A stretch of 63,067 nucleotides of DNA, the filler included, from Pirum gemmata (Eukaryota), in the NCBI GenBank assembly GCA_002812295.1. It is 25 parts of 25 records of this genome, joined end to end, with 100 filler letters (N's around TTAATTAATTAA, not from the genome) between each part and the next. Parts side by side here need not be neighbours in the genome. Positions count along the whole stretch, not along the records: positions 23,000 to 25,226 come from PDIN01007714.1; positions 25,327 to 27,502 come from PDIN01007715.1; positions 27,603 to 29,773 come from PDIN01007716.1; positions 29,874 to 32,082 come from PDIN01007717.1; positions 32,183 to 35,403 come from PDIN01007718.1; 20 more parts are not named here. One strand, given 5' to 3'. The position numbers and the translations under genes are program-made. Of the stretch, positions 23,421 to 35,403 are shown piece after piece. Under the pieces are notes generated by a model. That model was not told the origin of the DNA. It worked only from the letters and a program-made list of their open reading frames with translations, and did no database searches. How positions within the stretch are numbered: position 1 is the first letter of the stretch; the number at the start of each line of letters is the position of its first letter.

Positions 23421-24436
23421 TTAACAATCTTCGAATATGTATTGTTCGTTATCGTGACATTCGTTTGCGTCCACTATAACCCATTGCTTAACAGCAATTT
23501 TCCCTTCAATAAAATGACCACATTTATTTTTAGGAGCTGTGTCTACGGGCATCGCAAAATCATCATGGCATTTATTTGCCTTACCCTCTGCGCTTACTGC
23601 CCCAGAACCAGAATCCGAATCTGAATCTGAATCTGAATCTGATTTCGGGTTGACTTGTTTTTCTCCAGTGTCAATTTTGTCTTTTTTGTCCTCCTCAACT
23701 GCCTTTTTCTCCTCCGCTGCCTTTTTCTCTTCCTCCGTTGCCTTTTTCTCCTCCTCCGCTGCCTTTTTCTCCTCCTCCGCTGCCTTTTTCTCCTCCTCCG
23801 CTGCCTTTTTCTCCTCCTCCTCCGCTGCCTTTTTCTCCTCCGCTGCCTTTTCCTCTGCTTTTTTCTCATCAGATTCTGCCTTTTTCTCCTCCGCTGCCTT
23901 TTTCTCTGCCTTTTTCTCCTCTGCCTTTTTCTCTGCTGCCTTTTTCTCTGCTGCCTTTTTCTCTTCTGCCTTTTTCTCTGCTGCCTTTTTCTCTTCTGCC
24001 TTTTTCTCTGCTGCCTTTTTATCGGCTTCAATTTGAGCTTGAGCCTCTTTAAGAGCCGCTGCATGTTTTTCTTGTCGGGCCTTTTTTGCTGCCTCTTTTT
24101 TTTCGTCAGCTGCCTTTCTGGTTGCAGCGTTGGCTAATTTGATAGTATTTTCAAAGGCTTCTTTTTCATGTTTGATTACCAAATCTATTTTATTTTTAGC
24201 ATCATTCTTGGCTTCATCGCCACACTTTATATCTGGGTAAACTACCTCTTCTGTTCTCATTTCTGAATCTGAATTACTACAATATGTTGGATATTTAGAA
24301 GATGGGTTTCTTGTTAAAGTAAATGTTATAGTACAATCATAGGCTTCCTTGTCTTCGTCATATTTGGAAAGAGTTGCCATTTCTTGTCTAAACCATGGTG
24401 CTTCTTCGCAGTTAACGGAAACACCGTTAAAATCAA

Positions 24437-24490
<54 letters not shown>

Positions 24491-24959
24491 CACTACCACC
24501 ACTACTACTACTACTAAGACCTGGTTTTTGTGTCAATTTGCCATCATCTTCTTCAGTCCGAGGACGAAACTTTCGTTTAGCTTTTAAGAGTTGGAATTTT
24601 CGATCATTCTCAAGTTTAACATTTTTTTTAAATTCTGCTCCCTCTGCCTTAAGAAATTTCAATATTTCAGTATTAGCGTCGTTAGAAGATTCTGTGCCAC
24701 ATTTTTTACTGGTTGTTATGTTTTTGGTCATCGTTGCTGGTTCTGTGTCGGGGCAGTATTTTTCTGCGTAGAATGGATCGCTTACTAAAGTAAAAGAGTA
24801 AAGACAAGACTCTTCTAAGCCACCTTGAACATGTTTTTGCGTGGCTCGTCTAGACTTTTGTCTCCAAGGGATTTTACTACAGTCAAAGTTTATTCTTTCG
24901 GTTGTTGGAATGGCTTGTGTTAAACCGAAAATAGCTAAACTGATAGCAGTAAATTTCAT
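23421..24959 (-). CDS. Secreted protein, 512 aa: signal peptide, two copies of a 4-Cys domain, E/K/A-rich stalk, C-terminal Cys domain
   Basis: Likely start is MKFTAISLAIFGLTQA at 24959; the ORF-track extension upstream is AAAC microsatellite. Internal duplication, then (EEKKAA)n, DS repeats and a 4-Cys C-terminus. Intronless. Confidence 0.85.
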
Positions 24960-25085
24960 ATTTATAATATTAATATTTGTTTTGTTTTGTTTTTTTGTTT
25001 TGTTTTGTATTTTGTTTTTGTTTTGTTTTTTGGCTTTTTGGTATTTTTTTTGTTTTGTTTTGTTTTTGTAAGTTTTTATGTTCAC

Positions 25086-25128
<43 letters not shown>

Positions 25129-25528
25129 AGAAAAAAAATATGATTTTTTATTATTTATATGGTTTTGGATATTTTGTTTTTATCATTGCCATCGTTGTTG
25201 TTTATAATGTTGTTTTGTAATTGTTGNNNNNNNNNNNNNNNNNNNNNNNNNNNNNNNNNNNNNNNNNNNNTTAATTAATTAANNNNNNNNNNNNNNNNNN
25301 NNNNNNNNNNNNNNNNNNNNNNNNNNCACACACACACACACACACACGCACACACACACACACACACACAAACGCACACACTAGCACACACACACACACT
25401 GCACACACATATATATATTAATATTAATATAATTTATTAATTAATTCTTGAAACTATCTATAAAATCCTTAAAATTATTAATTATATTAATATTGTATAT
25501 AATTGTAAAAAAAAACACTATTGTTTTC

Positions 25529-25942
25529 TATATAGTAACGACTTCTATATCTTATTTTATTTAGGTATTTACTTCTATATATAGCTATTCAGTTTCTTTT
25601 TTAAGTCCAAGTATAAAAAGTTGTATGGAATAAAGTATCAATCACACACACGACTTCTATATCTTATTTATTTAGGTATTTACTTCTATATATAGCTATT
25701 CAATTTCTTTTTTAAGTCCAAGTATAAAGTATTTACTTCTATATATAGCTATTCAATTTCTTTTTTAAGTCCAAGTATAAAAAGTTGTATGTAATAAAGT
25801 ACCAATCGCACACACACACACATATATATAGTAACAATTTCTATATCTTATTTTATTAGGTATTTATTTCTATATATAGTTATTCAATTTCTTTTTTAAG
25901 TCCAAGTATAAAAAGTTGTATGTAATAAAGTACCAATCACAT

Positions 25943-25977
<35 letters not shown>

Positions 25978-26595
25978 GAGATAGTAACGATTTCTATATC
26001 TTATTTTATTTAGGTATTTACTTCTATATATAGCTATTCAATTTCTTTTTTAAGTCCAAGGATAAAAAGTTGTATACAATAAAGTATCAATCAAACACAC
26101 ACACACATATATATAGACGTTAAATTGATTATTTGCATATATATATAAAACAAATATCCACGTTTCCGCATTGATTCTATAAACAAATATCCACGTTTCC
26201 GCATTGATTCTATAAACAAATATCCACGTTTCCGCATTGATTCTATAAACAAATTCCGTGTTAATAAATTTTGTGTCCTGAAAATATTTTCACATTCCCC
26301 CGCTATAGTCTAGTTCCCACTGTCGTAAATAATACACTTGGTATTAATTTTAGCATTAATATTGTGATTATAATACTTGAAAATACCTCCACTAAATAAA
26401 TGTACTACATCATATATTTTTTTCTAAGACTAGATTTTTTTCATTTCTTTGCTTTTTCCAACATTGATAACTCATACTGTATATATAGTAACGCCTTCTA
26501 TAAATTATTTTATTTAGGTATTTACTTCTATATATAGATATTCAATTTCTTTTTTAAGTCCAAGGATAAAAAGTTGTATGTAATAAAGTACCAAG
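25529..26595. repeat. Satellite of ~120-150 bp units (about 6 copies, several ending in (CA)n) plus a perfect 33-bp x3 repeat at 26148-26253
   Basis: Unit ttctatatcttattttatttaggtatttacttctatatatagctattcaatttc..aagtccaag.ataaaaagttgta. The 33-mer is aaacaaatatccacgtttccgcattgattctat. Confidence 0.9.
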
Positions 26596-26718
26596 ACAAA
26601 AATAAACACAAAAATATATTTCAAGCATATTTTTCTTTCTATCACTAGCTATACTATAATACCAGTAAATAACCGGAGTTGAAGAACAAAGAAAACGGGT
26701 CGCAACCTAAATAGGAAA

Positions 26719-27502
26719 GGGTTAGGGTTAGGTTGTGTTAGGGTTAGGGTCAGGGTTAGGGTTAGGGTTAGGGTTAGGGTTAGGGTTAGGGTTAGGGTTA
26801 NNNNNNNNNNNNNNNNNNNNNNNNNNNNNNNNNNNNNNNNNNNNNNNNNNNNNNNNNNNNNNNNNNNNNNNNNNNNNNNNNNNNNNNNNNNNNNNNNNNN
26901 NNNNNNNNNNNNNNNNNNNNNNNNNNNNTAGGGTTAGGGTTAGGGTTAGGGTTAGGGTTAGGGTTAGGGTTAGGGTTAGGGTTAAGGTTAGGGTTAACTT
27001 ATTTTTTAAAAATAGAGTAAACTCTAAACCTAGCCGAAACCTTAACTAAACCTTGGATAAACCTAAAACTACACTTAGAACCTAAAAAATAAACCCAAAC
27101 CTAACCCAAACCTAACCCAAACCTAACCCCAGACCCAAACCCCAACCCAAACCCCAACCCAAACTTAAACCTAAGCCTAAAACTAAAGCTAAAACTAAAG
27201 CTAAAACTAAAGCTAACCCTAACCCTAACCCTAACCCTAACCCTAACCCTAACCCTAACCCTAAACCTAAACCTAACCCTAACCCTAACTAAACCTAAAC
27301 CTAAACCTAGACCAAAACCTAAACCTAAACCTAAACCTAAACCTAAACCTAAACCCAAACCTACACTTTAACAAAACCTAAAGCTAAACCTAAACCTAAA
27401 GCTAAAGCTAAAGCTAAACCTAAACCTAAAGCTAAAGCTAAACCTAAACCTAAAGCTAAAGCTAAAGCTAAACCTAAACCTAAACCTAAACCTAAACCTA
27501 AA
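26719..27502. repeat. (TTAGGG)n (26719-26995, spanning an N gap) followed by an oppositely oriented CCCTAA/CCTAAA/GCTAAA array (~27020-27502)
   Basis: Read directly. Confidence 0.9.
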
Positions 27503-28540
27503 NNNNNNNNNNNNNNNNNNNNNNNNNNNNNNNNNNNNNNNNNNNNTTAATTAATTAANNNNNNNNNNNNNNNNNNNNNNNNNNNNNNNNNNNNNNNNNN
27601 NNTAATGATAATGATAATGATAATGATAATGATAAAAGTATAAAAATTAACTTTAAATTACGCCAAGCAAAAATATTTTTTTTAAAAAAGGTTTTTCAGA
27701 CGGTCAAAGCGAGTAAAAACACACAACTTATTTATAAGTTATTTATAAATAAATTATTACTTTCGAAAAAAAATTGAAAATTCAAATCATATAAATAAAG
27801 AATAATAAAAATTATAAAAATTAGATTTTGAAATATTTCGGGTATTTATTGTGGAGATAAAAGTTGGTTGTTTTTTTTTGTTTTTGTTTTTGTTTTTGTT
27901 TTTTTTTTTTGACTTTTTTAGGAATTCTTAGTATTCTTGTTTTTGTTTTTTGTTTTTTTCATTTTTTTTTTTTAGAGTGACATTTCAGTACAGATCAAAA
28001 CTGTATTAAACATACCTTTTTATATTTACAGTGAGATATTTGGGCACGTTTTAATTAATATGGTAGCATTTATTAAATAATATAATTTATAAAAAAGCTC
28101 AATTAAAACTTAAAAACAGTGATATAGTGATGTCATTCTGTAGTTTGTGCACCTTTTATATTACTAAAATTAGATTGTGTTAATTTCGAATCTTTCAAAA
28201 GATAGGGTTTGATGACGTCATTTTCGAATCTTTCAAAAGAAAAGATTAGTTAGTAGGTTTAATGACGTCATTACATTTTATTATTATTTTTAAACATCGT
28301 AGATCTAGACTACTAGAAACCATTTTCTTTTGGACTTCTTTTCTAAAAAACTTTTTAATGATAACTAGCCTAATTATTATTTAAAACTGGCCATTCGTCC
28401 ATAATACAGTTTTCTTAGTAAAACGATTTTTAATAATTTGGTAGTACTTTTATTAAAATTGGTATATTTTAATATTTCAGATTTTGAGCCCAAAAAGAAG
28501 ATTTTATATAGCTAGGCTATTAAAAAAAAATTAAAAAAAN

Positions 28541-29025
28541 CTAACCTTAACCTTAACCTTAACCTTAACCTTAACCCTAACCCTAACCCTAACCCTAACC
28601 CTAACCCTAACCCTTGTTTTAACCTTAGGAATCCAATTTTCAACCGATGTTATCACAGGCAAGAGAGCTTTTTTCGATGTTAACCTTAACAAAGCATGCA
28701 TGTATTGCGTTATTTCAGGACTAAGAATATTACAACGACATAATTTCGCTTCAATACCATACAAAACTGGGAAAAATAACTGTAAAACAGGGTTAAGGTT
28801 AAGGTTAGGCTTAGGCTTATGGTTAAGGTTAAGGTTGAGGTTAAAGTTAGGGTTAGGGTTAGGGTTAGAGTGCTATTTCAGAACTAAGAATATTATAACA
28901 ACATAATTTATAACAGGGTTAAGGTTAGGGTTACAGTTAGGGTTAAGGTTAGGGTTAGGGTTAAGTTAGGGTTAGTGTTCGGGTTAGGGTGACTCGGTGA
29001 TCAAGGGGTTAGATACTAGGGGTTA
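28541..29025. repeat. CCTTAA/CCCTAA array (28541-28613) and TTAGGG/TTAAGG array (~28790-29025) around a short unique segment
   Basis: Read directly. The unique segment follows ccttag and may be a small exon. Confidence 0.85.
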
Positions 29026-29692
29026 GGCGTTAACTTCCACCTTAGGTCTAAGAAAGCTAGCTAGCTAATCACTGTATGATATTAATAGCTATCGATACTA
29101 CAATATTGATAAGAGGTGGTTGGGTGCATAAAAGGACTCATTTATAAAAGGAGAAAATGACGTAATCTTCGGTTCGGACAGAATTTCGTTTATTACTCGA
29201 TTTCACTATTTTTAAATAATTTTAACCCCAACCCCAACCCCAAGTTTCCCAACCCCAACCCAAAGCCCAACGGTATCGATAGTAGACTCGGGTCTATTAA
29301 TAACGGCTTCTTTAGAAAGAGAATAGTAGTAGTGGCAGAGTAAACGGGCCGAATTTTAAAAAAAATACAGTAACTGTTAAAATAAAAAAAACATATATCC
29401 CCCCATGACGTAATAGTATACATATGATTGCCTTTTTCAAGTGATAAGGATTAGGCTAACTTATCTACCCGGTATATCATAATATTATTATCTCTGAGAA
29501 TTATATATGGTTGTTTGTTTTTTGGTTTTTTTCGTTATTTTTTTAAAAAAAATTTATTATTTTATTTTTTATTTTTTTTAACACGCCTATGTATTGTACT
29601 CACATTTTACAGTAACAATAACAATAACAATTATAATAATAATAATAATAATAATAATAACTATAACAACAATAATAACAACAACAACAACA

Positions 29693-29723
<31 letters not shown>

Positions 29724-29895
29724 GTAATAATAGTAATAATAATAGTAATAATAATAATAGTAATAATAATAATNNNNNNNNNNNNNNNNNNNNNNNNNNN
29801 NNNNNNNNNNNNNNNNNTTAATTAATTAANNNNNNNNNNNNNNNNNNNNNNNNNNNNNNNNNNNNNNNNNNNNATTATTATTATTATTAATTTAC

Positions 29896-30335
29896 CGTAA
29901 TAGCTAATTTATCAGCCCCTACTTCGCTCATTTCATTACTCCAAATAATAAATTAAAGTTGTAAGTGTTTTGTTTTCTTTTAATAAAGCGTTAGCTATTT
30001 TATTAACCCCTTCGTCTCCAATAGCACTTGATATAATAGTACTTGGTGCTAGGTTCAAATTTGCAAGCGTTTTGTTTTCCTTTAATAAAGCTTTAGTTAA
30101 CTTATCAACCCCTTCATTATCAATTTCATTATTATCTCTTAGTTAGCCTTAAATTTGTAAGTGTTTTAAATTTGTTTTCTTTTAATTAACATGATAGCTA
30201 ATTTATTGATCCCTTCAATGTCAAATAGATTAATTTCTAGTTCTAACTTTGAAGTGTTCTGTTTTCTCTTAATACGTTAGCTAATTAATCAACCCCTTCA
30301 TTATCAATATTACAATTTCCTAGATATAAATTTGT
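29896..30335 (-). pseudogene. RNI-like (NLRC3-type) leucine-rich-repeat pseudogene, ~5 repeats
   Basis: TNLYLGNCNIDNEGVD*LANVLRENRTL / EGINKLAIML..ENK..TLTNL / NEIDNEGVDKLTKALLKENKTLANLNL / IGDEGVNKIANALLKENKTLTTL / SNEMSEVGADKLA match the N.IGDEG...LA.AL..N.TL..L.L consensus. One stop and four frameshifts. Confidence 0.85.
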
Positions 30336-30660
30336 AGACTATAATAATATTATGTGTTTTCACAACTGTTTTCACTGCATCAGGTGATGTCATATTATCA
30401 TAGCTAGCTAGCTAGCTACTACTAGCTAGAGAGCTAGCTAGCTACTAGAGAGAGCTTGCCTAAAAAATTAAAAATAGAGTTTGTATTTCTATTTGCGAGC
30501 TTTTTTTTTACAATTCAGAATCTAGTTTTTATGAATGATAATAGTCCACCAATCAGCTAACGCCAGACCGCTGCTTTGTGCCAGCGTTTACTACAGAGTC
30601 CGTACAGAATAAAGACCCGCCCTGAAGACCCCCTTCTTAGACCCTAGCTAGCTAGCTAGT

Positions 30661-30734
30661 TCTTAGACCCGCCCTTCTTAGACCCGCCCTTCTTAGACCC
30701 GCCCTTCTTAGACCCGCCCTTCTCAGACCCGCCA
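30661..30734. repeat. 15-bp GC-rich tandem repeat (cttagacccgccctt) x5
   Basis: Read directly; degenerate copies at ~30612-30645. Confidence 0.9.
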
Positions 30735-32182
30735 GACCTGTAGTGCACTATTATTACTACTATTACTATTATTACTATTATTACTATATATATTAATATT
30801 ATTACTACTATTATTACTATTATTACTATTATTATTATTACTACTACCACCACTACCCCTATAGCTTTATTTATGTAGTCTACTTTTATAATGATCATGA
30901 TATAATTATATTGTATAAAATTTATCGTAATAAACAATACATCATCGTAGACGTATATATGTTGTCATTATAATGTAGACGGAGTGGAGTCTACGATAGA
31001 AGTATTGTAGAAACTCTATTTTAATATAGATACATTATATTATTATGATACATAAATCTATATCATACTAAGCAAATATGGAATGACGTCACCTAATCTT
31101 ACCTATGTCTCTTTGTCCAAAACACTTTTGGTCATAATTTTAAAGTTTATTTTTTAATAATTACTGCCTAAAACAGTTTAAGTCACACTTTCGAGCAATG
31201 ACTTCTATCAAAGAATAAGTAACGTCCTTTATGAATGTTCCCTAACTAAGCTTAGTAAGCTACGGGCATTGTCTAGCATTTTTATGGTCTCCATTTATCA
31301 AAGACCCCAGGAAAAAAAGCCTGGGGTCTTTGATAAATTATCGATATAGACTGCATGAAAAAACTGGGGAGTCGGGACTGGGGTCTTTGAAGTTTGAAGT
31401 TTGAGTCGATTTTTGAAGTCCTTGGTCGATATAGATATCATAGATTCATAATATTATTATTTTAAAAATTTTATTATTTATTATCGATATATGGAGTTCC
31501 AAAGACCAGGGCCAGTCCGGGGCCCAGCCAGGGGTTCCTGGGATGAGGTTATAAATAGAATAAAATTAAAATATCATAATAATATTATAATATCATATTA
31601 TCATACTATATATTATGATAATGTTTAATATCATAACTAGTATACATAGTTAGCTAGCTAATTATTCAGAATTTATTCTAGCTAACTGTGATACTGACTA
31701 GAACTATACTAGACTCTAGCTACTAAGAGCTCTACTAAGTTGTATTTTGATAATTATGATGCTTGATTTATATTTATCATGTTTCCGCTGCTTAGTAGAA
31801 ACTTTAGTAGAGTAGAGTAACAGCTAGAGTAACTAACTAGCAGCCCCCACCCTCCACCTCCACACACTGTCTCCACCAATTTGTATGATAACCTCATCCA
31901 CTCTTATTAATATAATCGAGTCTTATTACACAACAAGTTTTTTTTTAATTTTAAAAAAAGCATCAGCCCAAAATACGTATAAATAGTAACAAGGACTGAC
32001 TTCCTTGATAATAATAATAAAAAAATATGATTGAATTAATATTAATATATAATAATAATGATAATGATAATTAATGATAAATNNNNNNNNNNNNNNNNNN
32101 NNNNNNNNNNNNNNNNNNNNNNNNNNTTAATTAATTAANNNNNNNNNNNNNNNNNNNNNNNNNNNNNNNNNNNNNNNNNNNN

Positions 32183-32217
<35 letters not shown>

Positions 32218-32561
32218 TTGAACTACCAATCCTTAATTTTTATCATACTTCTGATTTGCATGAGTTTTATCTATCATTGTCGAATTGTTTAATATATCAA
32301 TAGCACTATTCGTTATCATGTTTATTGTTACAAATACAAATACAAATGCATCAACATCACCACTCATTATCATGTGATTTGCCATGAATTATTATACCAT
32401 TAATATTGTTACCAAAAATAGTCAGTGTTTTTAAAATGTGCTGAAATAAGAAACAACTTTATTATAAATTGACCCTTACAATGTGATTAACTGTTTTTTG
32501 GATTTTTTTTCATTTCTATTTTTTTGTTTATGTTAATATATTATTCTTTTTTTTTTTTTAG

Positions 32562-34081
32562 GATTAATCCATAAATGCTATAACGCTCTAAAGGATGGTA
32601 GTGATTTTACTATTTGGGGGTCTGGAACACCACTCCGTCAATTTATTTTCTCAGAAGATTTAGCAAAACTTTTTGTTTGGGTAATGAGAGAGTATAAAGA
32701 TATGGAGGTTAGCTCATTGTTATATTACTTGTTAACTATACATTGCTTTTGGTTGCTTATGATTATTGTTATTATTATAATTATTCTTGTTGTTACTGTT
32801 GTTGTTGTTGTTGTTGTTGTGTTGGTTTTGGTTTTGGTGCTGTTGTTGTTGTGTCGGTATTGTTGATTTAGTTTCATCATTATCATATTCATTATGTTTT
32901 TTTTTTTCATATTTTATTGTTTATTTTAATTTTTGTATTGAATCATATTTTTTCTTTATTTTCTTACAGCCTATTATTTTATCTGTTGGGGAAAAAGACG
33001 AAATCACCATTAAAGACGTGGCGTTGGCTGTGGCCAAAGCAATGGATTACACTAGAGAGGTAATCAAACATTTAGTTTAATTTTATATTCAGTGATGGTG
33101 ATGGTGGTGGTGGTGTTGAATTTAGGTACCGTCGTTGTTTTACTGTTGAGGTGATGGTGATGGTGAATACTTTATTCATTGATGGTGATATGATGGATGG
33201 TAGTGGTGGTGGTATTAGAGTTAGTTGTCGTCGTTGTTTTGCTGTTGAGGTGGTGGCGATGGTGAATATAGTTAAAGTCGTTATCGTGGTTTTGTTGTTT
33301 ATTTTCATTTTTTATGTATTGATGGTGATGGTGGTGGTGTTGGTGGTGTTGGTCTTGAATGTACTTGTTGAGGTAGTGGTAGTAAATATTACGGTTTACT
33401 GATGTCGCAATCGTAGTTTTGTTATTTATTTTAGTTTTTTATTTATTGATGGTGGTGGTAGTAGTATTGAATATAACTGTCGTCGTTGTTTTGCTATCGA
33501 AGAGGTGGTGGTGGTGAATATAGTTAATATAGTTAGCTGATGTCGTTGTCGTGGTTTTTTTGCTGGTGTAGTGAATGTAGTTCTTGTTGTAGTTTTGTTG
33601 TCATGGTGGTAGTTGTACTTGTGGTTATTGTCATAAATGTAGTTATTGTCGTAGTTTTGCTAGCTACTGGTGGGGTGGTAGAAATAATAGTAAGAGTATT
33701 CTGGCGAATCGCAAGTTGTTTTAGTCGATTATTGTTGTAGTTTTATGATAGGTGGTGGTGGTTCTTGTTGTTGTTGTCATTGTGATTGTGATTGTTGTGG
33801 TGGTGATGGTGGTGATGGTTATTATTATTGTTGTTGTTGTTGTCTTATTCTTATTCTTATTTTAATTTTAATTTTAATTTTAATCTTAATCTTAATTTTA
33901 ATTTTATTTTTATTTTTAGGTTAAATTTGACACAGACAAAGCTGATGGTCAATTCAAAAAGACTGCACTTAATGATAAATTACTAAAACTTCATGGAGAT
34001 TTTGAGTTTACACCGTTTGATGTTGCCATTGATGCATCAGTAAAATGGTTTAAAGAAAATTATGATATTGCTAGAAAATAA
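32562..34081 (+). CDS. GFUS: GDP-L-fucose synthase, last three exons 32562-32707, 32970-33059, 33920-34081
   Basis: Phase-consistent splicing gives (G)[114 protein letters not shown], closely matching animal-type TSTA3/FX. Confidence 0.96.
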
Positions 34082-34640
34082 TTAAATAATTAACTTTATA
34101 AATACGAAATTGACCTACAATTGGATAATGGAATAAGTAACTAGTAATTTTGAAATAATAATAATAATAATTTGTTATTTGAATGTGTAACCTAAAAAGC
34201 TTAAAAGGAGTCAAGTTGTGAATAATATTAGTTATAATAAATAAAACAGTTTCATTTTGTTATTATTGTTTTTGGGTTTGGTATATTAAAACCATCATTT
34301 TCCAGAAATCCTTGATAAAATAATATTATCTATTCTAGAATCAAGTTCTTTCACTCGAAACTTTTTTTGATGTTTTCGAGCCATCAAATAATAAAAAAAG
34401 AGTGGTGCAACCACAAAGTCATTGTCTGGAGGGGGGGGGACCAGAACAATGATCCTTATAATTATATATAATACATATATATTGTTGTAATAATAATAAT
34501 AAAAGTATAATAATAATAATAATAATAAAAGTNCATCATTCATCATCATCATTCATCATCATCATCATTATCATCATTATCATCATCATCATCATCAGTA
34601 TCATAATTATCATCATTATCATCATCATCATCATTATCAA

Positions 34641-34677
<37 letters not shown>

Positions 34678-34720
34678 GTCATCATCAGCATCATCATCAT
34701 TATCATCATTATCATCATCA

Positions 34721-34751
<31 letters not shown>

Positions 34752-34933
34752 CATTATCATCATCATCATTATCGTAATAATAATAATATTAATAATGATA
34801 ATAATAATTAATAATGACAATGATAATGATAACAGATACAACGCACAGTTTAATACTTAACTCATTTCTTATCTATAAATTGAAGAGATAGTGTTACTTA
34901 ACTATTGAATAAATTTCACCATGTATGATGTAT

Positions 34934-35403
34934 TGTAATTAACTTATTTTATAATTATGATATCATATAAAAAAAAAAGAATTAGTAAAAATCTTTTTGA
35001 ATGCTTCGAACATATATGAAAATATACTCTTTTTGCTATGATATATATTTAGTGCTAAGTTCACTGCTAACCTGACTATATTCCAACCGTTCATTTTTCT
35101 GACCGATAGAGACTACTAGCTAGCTAGTAGTAGTCTCTATCGGTCAGAAAAATGGGCTCATATGAGCCCACCCATTTTTTCCTTTTTTTTCTAATATGTC
35201 ATAGAACAAGTGCTGAAAATAATGTTTTTTCTTGCTGTGTTCGATGGCAAAATCCAAAATCGGACTCCTTGGGTCGAATATAGTCAGGTTAGCTAGTAAA
35301 TATGTAGCAAAAAGAGTATCGATATATTTTCATATGTTCGAAGCATTCAAAAAGATTTTTACTAATTATTATTTTTTTTTAATTATAAAATATATTAATT
35401 ACA
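34934..35403. mobile_element. Foldback/MITE-like element with ~130-150 bp inverted arms and internal hairpins
   Basis: 34934-35088 is the reverse complement of ~35272-35403 (aattagtaaaaatctttttgaatgcttcgaacatat..gctaacctgactatattc). Perfect 27-bp inverted repeat at 35092-35154 and palindrome tgggctcatatgagccca at ~35153-35170. Confidence 0.8.

Noticed and set aside
26148..26253. 33-bp x3 direct repeat as a CRISPR array
   Set aside because: No spacers between units, eukaryotic context and no cas genes. The same applies to the 26-bp repeat at ~14646-14750.
34295..34454. Possible terminal exon on the minus strand, convergent with GFUS
   Set aside because: Plausible frame but no recognisable motif, and the upstream context is broken by an N.
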